Assembly: GCF_036321535.1 (NCBI RefSeq)
Contig: NC_087437.1
Location: 91,824,001-91,888,000 of the forward strand
DNA: 64,000 nt
From: Camelus dromedarius
Lineage: Eukaryota
Direction of reading: 5' to 3'
Shown here: positions 1 through 14,304 of the stretch, in pieces
Layout of the letters: every line of letters begins with the position of its first letter
Numbering within the stretch: position 1 is the stretch's first letter
Notes under the pieces: generated by a model
Database searches by the model: none
Told to the model about the DNA's origin: nothing
What the model saw: only the letters and a program-made list of their open reading frames with translations
Translations under genes and position numbers: made by a program

Positions 1-694
1 TACCAATTGACATGCCCACCAACTGTGTACAATGGGTTTTCTTTACTTCACCTCCTTGTCAACATTTGTAAACTTTTATCTTCTTGGTAGTGGCCATCCT
101 AACAGGTGTGATTTGATATCTCATTGTGGTTTTGATTACATTTCCCTGATAATCAGTGGTGCTAAGCACCTTTTCAAATATCTGGAAGCTGTATGTCTTT
201 GGAAACTGTCTGTTCAGGTCCTCTGCCTATTTTTTTAAATCTGGTTACTGTGTTATTTGAGTTCCTCATATGTTTTGGATATTGACTCCTTATCAGATTT
301 GCAAGTATTTTCTCCCATTTAATATATTGCCTTTTTACTTAATTGACTTTTTTCCTTTGCTTTGTAGAAGCTTTTTAGTTTGATGTAGTTACATTTGTTT
401 ATTTTCCGTTTTGTTGCCTCAATTTTTGGTGCCATTTTCGTAAAATCATTGCCAAGACCAATGTCAAAGAGGTTTTCCCTTGTTTTCTTCTAGGAATTTT
501 ATGTTTTCAGGCCTTATGTTTAAGTTGTCAATTTATTTCAAATTTTTCTGTATGCTCTGATAGAAGAGCTAATGTCAATCTTTTGCATGTGGATATCCAA
601 TTTTCCCAACAACATTAATTGAAGAGTCTCTCCCCATTGTGTAGTCTTGGAACCCTTGCCGAAGATTAGCTGAAAATATATGTATGGTTTATTT

Positions 695-1149
695 TTTTAA
701 CTCTTGTTTTTTATTGAAGTGTAGTCTATTTACAGTGCTAGTTTCAGGTATACAGCAAAGCAATTCAGCTATACATAAACATACATAATTATATATTTTT
801 TCAGTTTCTTTTCCATTACTGCTCATTGCAAGAAATGTATAGTTCCCTTTGTTATACAGTAGGTCCTTGTTGTTTATCTATTTTGTATATAGTAATATAT
901 ATCTGTTAATCCCAAACTCCTAATCTATCCCTCAACCCTCTTCCCCCTGGTAATCAGTTTGTTTTCTATGTCCATGAATCTATTTCTGGTTTATAAATAA
1001 TTATTTTTAGATTCCATATATGTGACATCATATAATATTAGTCTTTCTTTGCCTGACTTACTTCACTTAATATGATAATCTCTAGATCCATCCATGTTTT
1101 CTGCAAATGGCATTATTTTATTCTTTTTTACAGCTGAGTAATATTCCTC

Positions 1150-1204
<55 letters not shown>

Positions 1205-1238
1205 ATCATATCTTCTTTACTTATTCAACTGTTGATGG
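695..1238 (-). mobile_element. Younger 5'-truncated L1 3'-UTR fragment nested in the old L1
   Basis: T-rich tail followed by tttattgaagtgtagtc... L1 3' UTR. Exact 19-bp TSD atatatgtatggtttattt at 676-694 and 1239-1257. Confidence 0.9.
1150..1204. repeat. (TG)n microsatellite within the nested L1 3' UTR
   Basis: Directly visible TG run with a few interruptions. Confidence 0.95.
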
Positions 1239-3487
1239 ATATATGTATGGTTTATTTCTGGGCCCTCTATTCTGTTCCTTAGGTCTATGTGTCTTTTTTA
1301 TGGCAAAACCATACTTCTTTAATTAAATAGTTTTATAATATAATTTGAAATTGTGATGCCTCAAACTTTATTCCTCTTTCTCAAGATCACTTTGGCTGTT
1401 TAGGGTCTTTTGTGGTTCCATACAAATTTTAGTACTGTTTTATCTATCTATTTGAAAAATGTCATGGGATATTGACAGGAATTGTACCAAATTCATATAG
1501 GATATTTGGATAGTGTGGAAATTTTAACAATATTAATTCTCCCAATGTAAGAACACATAACAGCTTTCCATTTATTTGTGTCAGTTTCTTTCATCACTCT
1601 TTTATAGTTTTCAGTGTACAAATATTTTACTTCCTTGGTTAAATTTATTTTTAAATATTTGATTGTTTTTAATGATATTATAGATGGAACTGTTTTTGAT
1701 TTCTTTTTTTTCTTAATTTCTTTGTTGATGTAAAATGCTACTGAGTTTTGTATATTGATTTTTTAATTTGCAACTTTACTGAATTTATTAGTTTGAAGTT
1801 TTTTTTTAATGGAATCTTTAGGGTTTTTTACATATAAGATCATGTCATTTACAAACAGATAATTTTACTTCTTTCTTTCAGTTTTGGATTACTTTATTAT
1901 TTTTTTCTTGTCTACATAATTGTTCTGGCTAGGAATTAGAGGACTATGTTAAATAGAAGTGGTGAGAGTGGGCAATCTTACTGGATCTTAGTTTTTCCCA
2001 ATTGATTATGATGTTATCTGTGGGTTTTTTTAAATGGCATTTGTGTGTTGAGGTAAGTTCCTTCTGTACCTATTTTGTTGAGAGTTTTTAATATGAATGG
2101 TTTTTGAATTTTGTCAAATGTTTTTTGCATCTATTGAGATGATCATTTTGTTTTCTTTCCTTCTTTTAACGTTGTGTATCACATTGATTTATTTGCATAT
2201 GTTGAATCAACCTTGCAACCTAGGGATAAATTCCACTTGGTCATGGTGTATAAGCTTTAAATGTGAACTTGAATTTATTTTGTTGAGGATTTTTGCATCT
2301 ATGTTCAGCAGAGAGATTGGCCTGTAATTTTTATTCTTGTTTCTTTACCTGCTTTCATATCAGGATGATAATAACCTCATAAAATAAATTAGTAAGTGTT
2401 GTCTCTTCTTATAGTTTTGAAAGAGTTTAACAAGGATATTTATTAATCCTTCTTTGAATGTTTGGTAAAATTTACCTGTAAAGCCAATTGTCTCTGGACT
2501 TTTTTGAGGGGGTGAGGAGCATATTTTTTGATTACTGAATCAATATCTTTACTTTTTATTGGTGTGCTCAGGATTTCTATTTTTTTAATTTAGTTTTGGT
2601 AGGTCATATAGTTCTATGAATGTATCAATTTCTTCTAGGTTACCTTATGTGTTGCTTTATAATTGTTCATAAAAATCTATTACAATTCTTTTATTTCTGA
2701 GGTATACTTTGTAATGTTTCCTCTTTCATTTCTGATTTTGTTCAAGTCTTTCTCTTTTTTTCTTGGTTTATCTAAGGGCTTGTAAATTTTGTTTTTTCAA
2801 GAATAAAACCAGCTTTGGTTTCTTGATTTTTTTTTTCTATTCCCTATTTATTTCTGTTCTATTCTTTCTATTCCTTTCTTTCTACTAAACCTAGGTTTAC
2901 TTTGTTCTTACTTTTCTAGTTCCTTGAAGTATAAAGTTAGGCTGCTTATTTGAAATCTTTCTCTTTTTTTAAATGTAGGTGCTAATTGCTATAATCTGCC
3001 TTCTTAATACTGTTTTTGCTGCATTCTGTAAATTTTGTTATGTTATATTTTTGTTTTCATTTATCTTGAGATATTTTAAAATCCCCTATTTCCTCTTTGA
3101 CTCAATGTTTATTCAAAGATGTGCTTTTCATTTTTCATGTATTTGTTATTTTTCTCACTTTCTCACTATTTATTAACTCCTAGATTCATTACACTGTGGT
3201 CTGAATAAACACTTGAAATGATTTTGATCTTAAATTGTGAAGACTTGTTTTGTTACTTAATATAAGATCTATTCTGGAAAGTATTCTGTGTGCACTTGAG
3301 AATAATATGTATTCTGTTGTATGGAAAGTTCTAAATATATCTGTTAGGTCTGTTTGGCTTTTAGTGTTGTTCAAGACTACTGTTTCTTTATTGATTTTCT
3401 GTCTTGATGTTCTGTTATTGCAAGGGGTGGGTATTGAAGTCTCCTATTATTACTATTAATTTCTCTCCTTAGATCTGTCAATATTGC

Positions 3488-3540
3488 TATATATATATAT
3501 ATATGTGTTTTGATGTTGTGTGTGTGTGTGTGTGTGTATA
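3488..3540. repeat. Compound (TA)n/(TG)n microsatellite
   Basis: Directly visible. Confidence 0.9.
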
Positions 3541-6500
3541 ATTGTTATATCATCCTGTTGAATTGCCTCTTTTATTATTATATGACCTCCTTCATTTTTA
3601 GAGACAGTTTTTGACTTAAAGTCTATCTTGTCTCATGTAAGTATAGCTACCTCTGGTTTCTTTTGTACAGAATCTCTTTTTTCCATTCTTTCAGTTTTAG
3701 CCTAAGTGTGTCCTTAAATCTAAAGTGAGTCTCTTCCAGACAACAAATTACTGTATCTTGTTTTCTTTAAAATCTATTCAGCTACCCTAATTCTTTTGAC
3801 TAGAGAGTTAAATCTTTTTACATTAATTATTGATATGTGAAGATTAACTACTGCCATTTTATTAATAATTTTTTGTCTGTTTTGCTGTTGTTAAGTTCCC
3901 TTTTGCCTCTCTTGCTGTATTCCTTTGTTATGTGACAATTTTTGTAATAATTTCCTTTGATTCTGTTCTTTTTATTTTTTTTGGTATCTACTATAGTTTT
4001 TTTCTTTGTAGTTACTATGAGCCTTGCATAAAATATCTTGTATTTAAAATTGTCTCTTTTAAGTTGATAACTTGACTTCAGTTGCATACAAAATCTCTAC
4101 ACTTTTACTCCCTACACACAGACACACTTTACTTTTAGTCAGTTTACTTCTTTTTATATTGTATCCATTAATAAACTTTTGTGATTATAGTTATTCTTAA
4201 TATGTTTGTCTTATAATTTTTATAGCAGGATTAAAATAATTTATGCACCATCATTAAAGTACTGCATTACTATATTTTGATTATGTATTTACTTTTACAC
4301 TTATATCTTGGCATGCTTCCATGCTGCTGATTAGCTTATTTTTTATTTCAATTTGAGTAAGTCTCTTACTATTTCTTGTTAGACAGGCCTGTTGGTTACA
4401 AACACTTTGTTTTTGTTTCTCTGGGAAAGACTTTAACTTTCCTTAATTTTTAAAGGATAATTCATTTCAGGTATATAATTTTTGATTGGCAGGCTTTTCC
4501 TTTCGGAACTTTGAATGTATCATCCCACTTTCTTCTGTCCTACAAAGTTTCTGCTATGAAATCTGCTTAAGATCTTATAGAGCTTCCCTTATATGTCACT
4601 TCTCTGTTTCTTTGTTCAAAATTCTCTTTGTCCTTGACTTTCAACAACTTGATTATAATGTGTCTTGGTGTCGTCTTATTGGGTTGATACTGTTTAGGGA
4701 TTTTTAAACTTTATGGAACTGGATGTTGATTTCCTTTCACAGTTTTGGGGAGATTTTAGCTATTATTTCTTTAAATCAGCTTTCTTTCCCTTTCTCTTTT
4801 TCCTGTCCTTCTGGGGCCTCATGAAGTGTTTATTGATTTTCTTGTCAGTATTCCATAAATCATGTAGGCTTTCTATATTCTTTTCATTTTTTTTCTCCTT
4901 TGTATGGATAATTTCAAATGGTTTGTCTTTGAATTCACCTATTTATTCCACTTGATCAAGTCTGTTATTGAAGCTCTTTATTGTATTTTTCATTTCAAAT
5001 AGATCTTTTCAGCTCTAGTGTTTCTCTTTGGTTCTTTTTTATAATTTTGGCCTCTGTTCATTTTGCTGATTTTTGTTGAGATGTCTAGCTCTGTTCTCTT
5101 GTAGTAACAAGTAGTTTCTTTAAAACTGTTATTTTGAAATCTTTGGCACTTTATACATTTCCATTTCTTTAGGATTGGTTACTGGAACACTATTGTGTTC
5201 CTTTGGAGGTGTCATGTTCCCTGATTTTTCATGTTCCCTTTTGCCTTGTGCCATTGTGTTTTCATTTGAAGGAGCAGTTACCTCTTTCAAATATCACAAA
5301 CTGGTCTAGGTAGAAAAAGAATTCCTCATATGCATGGACATAAGGACATCACTGGGTAAGGTATGCTGTGGCTCCAGTCAGATCCATGTTAAGGAACTTA
5401 GAAAGACATGGTTCTTGAGTTGTGTGGTGCTACTGTCTTGGTGGGGGGGGGCATACATGGGTTTGTCTAGTGGGCAGTGGCTGTACTTTTGGCAGGCACT
5501 TGACCTCATAACTGTGCTCTGTGGCAGACTCTGGTCCCAACGCATGAGAATACCCAGTACAACTGGGACCTGTACAAGGTTGTGCCCTTGGTGGTGATCA
5601 GGGTTCATGGGCTCAGGCACACTTAGTCTCACCAGGGATACGGGGGTGCTATGCTTCCAAATTCAGGATGGGGAGAGGCAGTGCTTGTTGGTTCCAGCTC
5701 CAAGGAATATAGGAGTTGTGGCTCTGGGCAACTCCAGCAGCTGGAGTCTATATTAGTGAAGACTTTGGGAGACCTCTGTGGTAGTAGCTAGGGCATTTGG
5801 GAATCCTCTATGGCAAAGGCTGCTGAAGTCCATCGTCTCCATCTTCCCCTGGGGGAACTCATAGCCAATAGAATTCTTCACAGTGCTGCCCAGTGTTAGA
5901 AATGGTAAAATATAGGTGGAATATTTCCTATTGACTTCTGTGCAGCTGTCCTTAATCTCTGCATTCCTCTGAGTTGCTGCTGCCCCTAACTGCACTCCAG
6001 ATTCTCTCAGAACTATAATCATTAACAGATAGTTGAATTGTTTTTATTTGAGAATGAGGGCTGAGGTATCATTGCTTTCTTGCTGACATCACTTCTCTTA
6101 CTGCACTCACTCTTAACTCACACTTGCCTGCCATAAGGATTCAAGCTATGTTAAAATAGATACAAATTTTATCATAGACTCAGGTTGGAGGCAGTCTTTA
6201 CCACATGTTTCTCAGACAATTGCTGGCATCTTCAGGTGCTTTTCAGATATGACTCCAAATGTTACTCACAAGTCATGGTCTGAATTTATCTTCTCTTTTA
6301 TTACATGTTACCTGAAGTCTGTATGAAACAACAATTTTCTGTATTCTAGTACAATTTTAGGTTTCATTTTTTCCTTCTCTTTTATTACTTCCCCCTTTTA
6401 GTGGGAATATTGGTGTTTTGGCAGTTTCCTTGTGTGTACAGAAATCTTCATTTTATTTCAGAAATTCAGGGGGCATTAAAAAGATTGAGGAAAATATCTG

Positions 6501-8441
6501 ACATTCTTGGTAGTATTAAATTGGCAAATTATTAATAAAGTTGTCATTCTTTTTAAAAAAATTGTGACTCTGATTTTTAGCATCTCTGATCTACTGATTT
6601 CAAGGAAGATATTGACCCCAACCAAAATAAATTTAAGGGGCTCTCTGTTAACCTTCTTTACTGAGCATGTTTAATGTTAATGTTTCTTGGTCTGAGCCAG
6701 CACATTTAACTGCCATATTTGGCCTGCCTCCTTCTAAAGTGAAGGTGACTGCCTCAAAGATTCCGTTTCTTTGCAGTGGTCACAGCTGGCTGCAAGTCTC
6801 CTAGTATGTACTTTCTTCAGTACTGAAACGGATTATGCTTAGATAATTGACAGAAAATAATATCAACCCATGTATGTCACAGTCATTTTAAGAAACTGAA
6901 GTAATACATTATAACTATTATTGTAATAGTATTTTTATTGAAACTCAAATCTTACCACCACTATCACCACCAGAAAAGAAACTGTCAATTATATGCCTTA
7001 CAACAGATTTTTGTAATGATTTTCTATTGTTTATAGCACTTTGGAACTTCAAAATACAATTTCATTGGCTATTGATTTTATACTTTGCTATATAACAAGC
7101 AGTGAGATACATGTAGATTTATACAACTAACTTTTCATGCAGTGAGATGAGAAAATACAAAATTCTGCCATTCTGTTGTTTATAATCCAAAAGTAAAATA
7201 TAAGTCAGTTCCTTGCATTTGTTTCTTAAATTATTTATTGGGATTCTTCATATATTAGTGTTGATTATTTTATAAATTGGGGGTTTTATGAGCAAGTGAA
7301 AATAAGCAGGTATATGCTCTCACCACCAAACACTGATTCTTAAACGCATCTAAATTAGTAAGCATAATTATTATCAACTCAAATATAGATTGAGTAAGTT
7401 ACAAGAAAAAGACACAAACATATACTCACAAAAATAATGAACTCCAGCCATCAGTGATTCTGAGAACACATTATTCTCTTTTTCTCTAACACACATGTAT
7501 TTTTAAAGCTTTTTATAACATGTACACGTGTACAACAAATACCAACATTGGGAAGGCTTGCTTAATCTAAGTAATTATGTTCACTCCTCTTTGAATGGCA
7601 ATACTTCCTGCAGCATACAATTTAGAATATCACTTATGCCCTCCACAACTGAATAGTGAAGGTTATACAGGAATAAAAAAAAAAGTGCCTATAATCAGCC
7701 TGTAACTTCCCTGCAACAATGCAAAGAATTACCAGAATTGGGTCTTAAAGTATCCTTCTATGTTCTTTTGAATGAACAGGGTTTTCCAAAGCCTGTATGT
7801 ACCCTTGAAGTTTCCTGGATGGAATCAGTGAGGGAGACATTTGCCCCAACATGCAAGAGCTGAAGCATTCATTTATTCCTGAATAAACACAGTGGAGATG
7901 AACTGGAGTTTTCTTCACTGGCAATCTATGACATAACAATTTATGACACAATAAAACAGATACAGTGGTTTAATATTCACAATTCTGATCCAGCCTAAAA
8001 AATCAAAGTAGACTTACTCATTAACAGATTTTAGAAAAGAAAATCATTCCTGTCAATGAATGATACACTAGTCACAATGCTATATGATGTGGAAAGGGTG
8101 AAACATGAGTTGGATACAGTTACACAGAATTTTCTTACAATTCTAAACTTGTAATGAAACAGTATTAATTAATCTGTTGGCAGATTCATGGCTTAGAGGC
8201 ATTTAATAGTCAAAAACAAACAAATAAAAATCAGCAAATTGTTATTAACAAAGGAATACTTGTGAAATGAGGAAAAGAAATGAAAACCTAATAATAAAGG
8301 AAGTAAGGGTATTAGATCATAATCTGGAGAAAGGTAAAATGTTTTTAATCACAGATTTATAACACTTTAGAGAAAAACAAATATTACCATATTTCTTAAT
8401 ATTCTAAAAAGCAAATCAAGGGGCACTGCCGCATTTTATGT

Positions 8442-8525
8442 TGTATTATGGGTTGAGTTACATTTTTTTCAAAATTCATTTGTTGAATTTCTAATGCTCA
8501 ATACCTCAAAATATGACTTCATTCT
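8442..8525 (+). mobile_element. MLT1 (MaLR) LTR 5' fragment
   Basis: tgtattatgggttgagt...aaaattcatttgttgaa...ctaatgctcaatacctc resembles the start of an MLT1A/B LTR. Confidence 0.55.
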
Positions 8526-9729
8526 TATTGTACTCACTCTTGCCTAGAATCACCATCCAGGTGATTATTCAGAAATAAAGTTGTGCACAGGTAATTAGTT
8601 AAGTCTTGAAACAGAAAATAAAAGCAAAACATAAAACAAGGTTACATAGTGATCAGTAAATGAAAATGTGACCAGAAGTCCTCAGGAACTTAATTCTGTA
8701 TTTCCTCCATAAGCAATTGTTCTATATTCAGTAAGTAAGTGTTCATAGTGACTACAGAACATAACTAGCACAAATAACAGGAGTCTATTGTAGTTCTTTG
8801 TTTATAATCATTTGGTGGCAATTTCAGTATATGTCAGGACGTTATTTATGTCAGGTCATGAATTAAATAATTTGAAGAAAATACCAGATATCTAGAACAT
8901 TTACTTTAAATTATCACTGTACTTACATTGTAAAGTATTATATTTATGGTAGCTCTATAAATTTTATTTTTTTGTATGATAAAAATATTCAACAGACTTG
9001 GTAATAACCACAAAAATCTAAGTTTAATGACGATATATGAGAAGACATTCAAATGTCAAGTAGCAACCATATGTAGGGGATCAGTGCAGAAAGATCTGAC
9101 AAAAGATGTAACTTTCAGTATATATTTGAGGAAGCTAAGGGAGCCCACTTAGTTCCTCGGTGGTAGGAAGATGTTCTCAGTGGGGGATATAATGAAAATG
9201 AAGACTATTTTCCTGAATAGAATGAGGACATAATAGGAGTTGTTAAATATGATTTAGAGAAAACAATTCTGTAGAATTATAATGGAAAGTGATGTTCTGG
9301 AACAAGTGTGAAAGATGGGAAAAAAATCTCCAAAGAAATATAAACGAGAATATTCACAAGTAGTAGATAAGAAAGCCATGATCTAGAGGGCTCTAGTTAA
9401 AAGTTAAAGTAGTTGGGAAGGAATAGCAAAAGAAGATCTCTAGTGTTTCCACCTTTGGATTAAATCCATAATAATAGCATTTGGTTATTCTTATTAAATT
9501 GGTAAATAGATTAGTGAAATTAAAGAGGAAATGTATACTTGTTGAGTATCACTTGGGGATGAAACAAAGGTGAGAAAAGACTTTATATTGGAAGTAGAAG
9601 AAAGAAATAGGTATAGACTTTCTACAACATATGGCTATAAGCTTTTTGTCTAGAATCATGTCTCAAAACATTTCCTGTTATGACAGACTAAAAACAGTCT
9701 ATTTGTGCCAGTGGAGGGTATAGGCTTCT

Positions 9730-10420
9730 TTCCAAGAGATATGAAGTGAGCTGGAGAGTGGCAGAGAAGACCACAAAGAGGGCACCCACCAGCTGAAGTG
9801 AGGCAGAGGGGGAGCAGGACGGTGCCCCCCCAACCTCCATCCTCAGAATGTACCCCAGGAGGCCCCAGATGTGTGTTAAATTTGATGTCTAACCCTCAGG
9901 CTAACACCTTAAGGAAAAGTAAGTTCTTTTACCTAAAGTCTGGGTGCCTCTCAGTTTATCGCCTCTGTTCTGGTCCCAGGGTCAGGTGAGTTTTAGCATG
10001 CGAGCCCTGTAAGAGCTGTTTCTCAGTTTACTATGAACTTGTGGTTTTGGTGGATGTCAGCCCCATTGACTTTCAAAGGTAGAAATTTGGGTGACTTGTC
10101 TTTCAAGTGCAGGTCTTAAAAGATGAGGTGCTAGAACTGGGGGTCAAATCCTTCATTCCTCAGAGAGAAGCTCCAGGTTTTGGGTTATCTTCCAACTGTG
10201 GGTCACCTTGCCAAGGATTGGGTTTGTGGTGAGGTTGTATTTCAGTCTCTCCTACTTTGATGTGAGTTGATTTTTTCTCATTTTCCTGATGGGTAGGAGT
10301 TGCTCAGCTAGTTTTTTGGAGATTTTTAGAGGAAATTGTTACATATGCAGCTGAAGATTCAGTGTGTCCATTGGAGGAGGTAGGTTCAGGATTTCTTATA
10401 TTACCATTTTGAACCAGAAA
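9730..10420 (-). mobile_element. Isolated L1 5'-UTR fragment
   Basis: GC-richer block ending in ggaggaggtaggttcaggatttcttatattaccattttgaac, a decayed antisense L1 5' terminus (compare caagatggcg at 57349). Confidence 0.65.
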
Positions 10421-10542
10421 CCTGGAAGCTTTAATTTTTGAAGGCTGAGCAAAGCTTAAGTACATTGAAGATTGTTGAGATACAGAAACAGGAGCAGTAC
10501 TAAGGGTCTGTAAAACCTAAGACTAATTATACTTACAGTGTT

Positions 10543-11398
10543 TCTATGGACTGAATGTTTGTGTCCCATCTGAATCCATATATTGAAACTTAATCCTCAA
10601 TGTCATATTGGAGGCGGGGCCTTTGGGAGATAATTAGATCATGAGGGAATTATAATCATGAGGCCCTTATGATAGAATTAGATTTAGTGCAATTACAGGC
10701 ATACCTCAGAGAGATTGCATGTTTGATTCCAGACTACTGCCACAAAGTGGATATCACAATAAAGCGATCCACAAAATGTTTTGGTTTCCCAGTGCATATA
10801 AAAGTTTTATTTACACTATACTGTAGCCCATTAAGTGTGCAGTAGCATTATATCTAAAACTAAATGTACATACCTCAATTAAAAATATTTTATTGCTAAT
10901 AAGTGCTAACCATTTTCTGAGCATTCAGCAGGTCATAATCTTGCTGCAACAGTAATATCAAAGATTACTGATCACAAAGCACCATAACAATTATAATAAT
11001 AATAGAAATTTTTAAATATTATAAGAATTACCAAAATGTGACACAGAGACATGAAGTGAGCAAATGCAGTTGGAAAAATGATACCAATAGAATTGCTCAA
11101 TGCAGAGTTGTCACAAACCTTCAATTTTTAAAAAATGAAGTACTGGTGAACCTCAATAAAAGTATACATGCCTATATATGAAAAGAAAATGAGAAAGATT
11201 GCTTCCTCTTTCTCTGCCCTTTGTCATGTGCAGTCACAGGAGGATGGCCGACTGCAGATCAGGAAGAGGTTTCTCATTCGAACACAGCCATATTAATACC
11301 CTGATCTCAAACTTTCTAAGCACCAAAACTAATAATTTCAGTTGTTTAAACCGAATAGTCTATGGTAACTTTTCTAGCATCTTGAACTGATTAAAACA
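10543..11398 (+). mobile_element. MLT1A-like MaLR solo LTR split by a Tigger element
   Basis: Starts ...tatggactgaatgtttgtgtccc... and ends ...gaactgattaaaaca. Homologous to the intact LTR at 43135-43479. Confidence 0.8.
10696..11174. mobile_element. Tigger1-derived non-autonomous DNA transposon (Tc1/mariner-pogo)
   Basis: Left TIR caggcatacctc, degenerate right TIR ...tacatgccta, and flanking TA dinucleotides (10694-10695, 11175-11176). The interior resembles Tigger1 terminal regions. Confidence 0.85.
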
Positions 11399-11414
11399 AA
11401 TGTATATTAATATC

Positions 11415-11860
11415 CATTTATTAATGGATACTAAGTTCCTACTGTATGTTGTTCCTACTATAAAATGCTGAGATAAAATGTTAGAGAGAAAAACAGCAAG
11501 AACCCCCATCAAGTAACCAAACAAATGAAAAAGCCACCAATTCAAACCACAATCCCTTTACTTAGAAAACTTACAATTTAGTGGCAGTAATAAACATTGA
11601 ATAAATCTTACAAATTTAAATTTCCAGTGCAATATGTCTGCAAAAATAAACACATATCAAAAATAGAACATGACAGAAGGTAATGTGATGTGCAGAAAAA
11701 ACCCAGAGGATGCTGGTGTGGCTAGGATGCTGAGAAGAGTTTCCTGTGGTGAAAAATACAGCTGGAGAAAAATACTGAATTAGAGAAAGGAGGACCCTAA
11801 AGGGTTTTACTCAATAAGAAGTATGATCTGATTGATATTTTCACAGATTATCCCAATGAC
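11415..11860 (-). mobile_element. L2 relic
   Basis: cattt...tactaagttcctactgtatg...tgctgagataaaatg resembles an L2 3' end in antisense; highly diverged. Confidence 0.5.
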
Positions 11861-12069
11861 TTCTGGTCAAGGTAGCAGTACAATTCACACTCTCCTTTAG
11901 CAATGGCGAGTAATATGTAGAAAAATAATTTAAATCATCAAATGTGGCAGTGGTATAAATAATATAAGTAACTACACTGAATATTAAAATAATGGGAACA
12001 CTACTTAGAAGAACTCTTACAAAACAAAAGGAATTATCTGAAATGCAAGCATTTGGAGCAAGGATTGTG

Positions 12070-13320
12070 AAAGGATGTTTGAAAATTTTATATGCCTGTT
12101 ATTGAGTTTCATATCAGTGAAATCCAGAATGTAGTCTGTCTTTCATGACTGTCTTCTTTCTCCCAGCAGAATAGCTTATAGTGTAAATAATTATGCTGCA
12201 TACATGAATAATTGGATCTTTTTATTGCATAAAGTATTCTATTGTGTACATACTACAGAATGTGTTCATTTTCTTCTTAGTGAACACTTGAATTGTTTCC
12301 AGTGTGGGTTATGTTCTATAAATCATTACTGAACATTCTTGAACAAGTCAATTTTATAGACATAGGTATACATTTCTCTTATAAAAACTTAAAGTAGAGT
12401 CACTGGATCATAGGGAAAGTATATAGTTACCTATAACAAATTTTAGCAAATAATTTCCAACTTCATTGTAGAGTTTTACAATTACACTGTAGTGAGTAAA
12501 AGGCCAGCCCCTGCATATTCTCAATAACATGTATTTCCTTAGTTTTAGCCATTTTAGTCAACGTGTATATACAACCCCTTGTGATTTTAATTTGAAGAGA
12601 GTAATAATGCAGAGCATTAAATTTCTTTTATGGTAAGATTACTCAAGTTTGACTGATACTGAACTATTTGGATCACCTGTTTCTTCTTGTATCTTTCTAT
12701 AAGCTGCATTTTTCAAAGAATGTTTCAACTTCCTCAATGTTGTCCAATTTATTTGCATGAATTTTTTCAAAATATTCTCTTCATTGTATTGTCTGTATGC
12801 TATCTGGTGATTTTTATTTTGTTTCTGACATTGATAAATTTTTTTTTCCTGGATCAGTTTTGCTTGGGATTTACCAGATCTTTTTATTTTTAATAAAAGA
12901 TGACTGCATCTACTTAGCATTTGTGATATCCACAATGGAAAAAGAGAAAGAGAGAGGCAGAAATAGGCAGTGTTTCTCACACGTGGATATAAAAGGACTA
13001 ATTTCTTTTTAAGCATCATTTTACCTACAGCGTACAAGCTTTGCCATTTTATTTTTATAATCATTCAGTTCAAATGTTTTATTTTATTTTTGATAGTCTG
13101 CTTTGTGAGCTATTTTGAGGTGTATGATTTAATTTCTAATTATTTTGCTATTTTTTGTTTTCTATTTTATTTATAATTTTATTTTATTGTAGTAGACAGC
13201 ATGCTGTCTATGATTTTAATCTTTTGAAATTTGTTGAAATTGGTTCTACACACTACATATGGTCTTTGGGGGTGCATTTTCCATTTGCACTTGAAAAGAA
13301 TTTCAGTTTCAGTGTTCTAG
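12070..13320 (-). mobile_element. Ancient L1 fragments (ORF2 end/3' UTR plus internal ORF2 pieces)
   Basis: Antisense L1 motifs such as ttttattgcataaagtattctattgtgtac, ggatcatagg and ccatttgcacttgaaaagaat. The track ORF 12639..13064(-) has L1-like frameshifted text. Confidence 0.7.
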
Positions 13321-14304
13321 AACAGACAGGAAACACTTGAGGGCTGTTAATAATGCAGTTAGCTGTAATGCAGAACACACACAGGAGAAACAGAAGATCA
13401 CAATATGACGTGTAATCATACCATTAGGGTTGAGGAGGATTGATTAATTTTAGAAATACGAAACTTCTATGTCTTTTTAAAATAACTTTCAATGTATTGT
13501 TTTCTCAGTCAGGATCCTGTTATTTTGAAATGCCCTCATTCTCATGGAGAGGAATTTTATATGCATAACAATGTTAGTCAAACAGTTACTATGTAAGACA
13601 ATCTTACTTATCTTGTATTGGTTGTATCCCATATTCTTCATCTCTTCATCTCAGTCTCACATAGGCCTTCCTCAAATTTTGCAGCCATTGCTTATTACCA
13701 CAGTCATCTCATGATAGCATCCATATGGCTTCTGCAATTTGATGACTTTTAAGTAGGGCAATTTACTCTGCAATATCTAACTGCAGTGTCATTGCAATAC
13801 ACAATATCTTTCTTTTATATTGAAGGCAAGAAACCAGGGGAAATTGTTTTTTTCTCAAAGACATGAAAAGAAACAAAAACTATGATTAATATTTTCCCCA
13901 GACAATACACAAAAACTTAGATGTAGACAAATTAAAATTTTGTTTTAACATTGTAATAGAATATTTAAAATATTGTGTTGGAGCCTACTATCAAATGTTA
14001 ATATTTTGTGTGTGTAAATTTAGCAAATTGATTAGTATTTTGACTATATTCTGTGTTTCATAATTAGATTTTCCTTTCTTCAGTGAAATATTTGCCATTG
14101 TAATTCTCATGTGATGGTACAAATGCACTCATTCACTTACTCATTAACTACTTATTATGTGCAAAGCATCCTAATATGCACATTTATTAGTGACTCCTGA
14201 CTTATAATTAGGGAAGGCAAATTATATTTAAATACAATGTTCACTGCTCTTGTAAATGAGTGAAAAACATATACGACTAGAAGTCTCTTGAACTTTTTTT
14301 TATT

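Larger units (their letters stand above)
1..6095 (-). mobile_element. Old, degenerate near-full-length LINE-1 (L1M-type); the 3' end runs off the window start. ORF2 remnant ~1-3830, ORF1 remnant ~4350-5270, 5' UTR to ~6095
   Basis: Antisense L1 ORF2 text throughout. The track ORF 3189..3374(-) DLTDIFRTFH...ILSRIDLIL resembles the L1 endonuclease. The GC-richer 5' UTR ends in ...cttgctgacatcact, like an L1M 5' terminus. Many stops and frameshifts. Confidence 0.9.
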
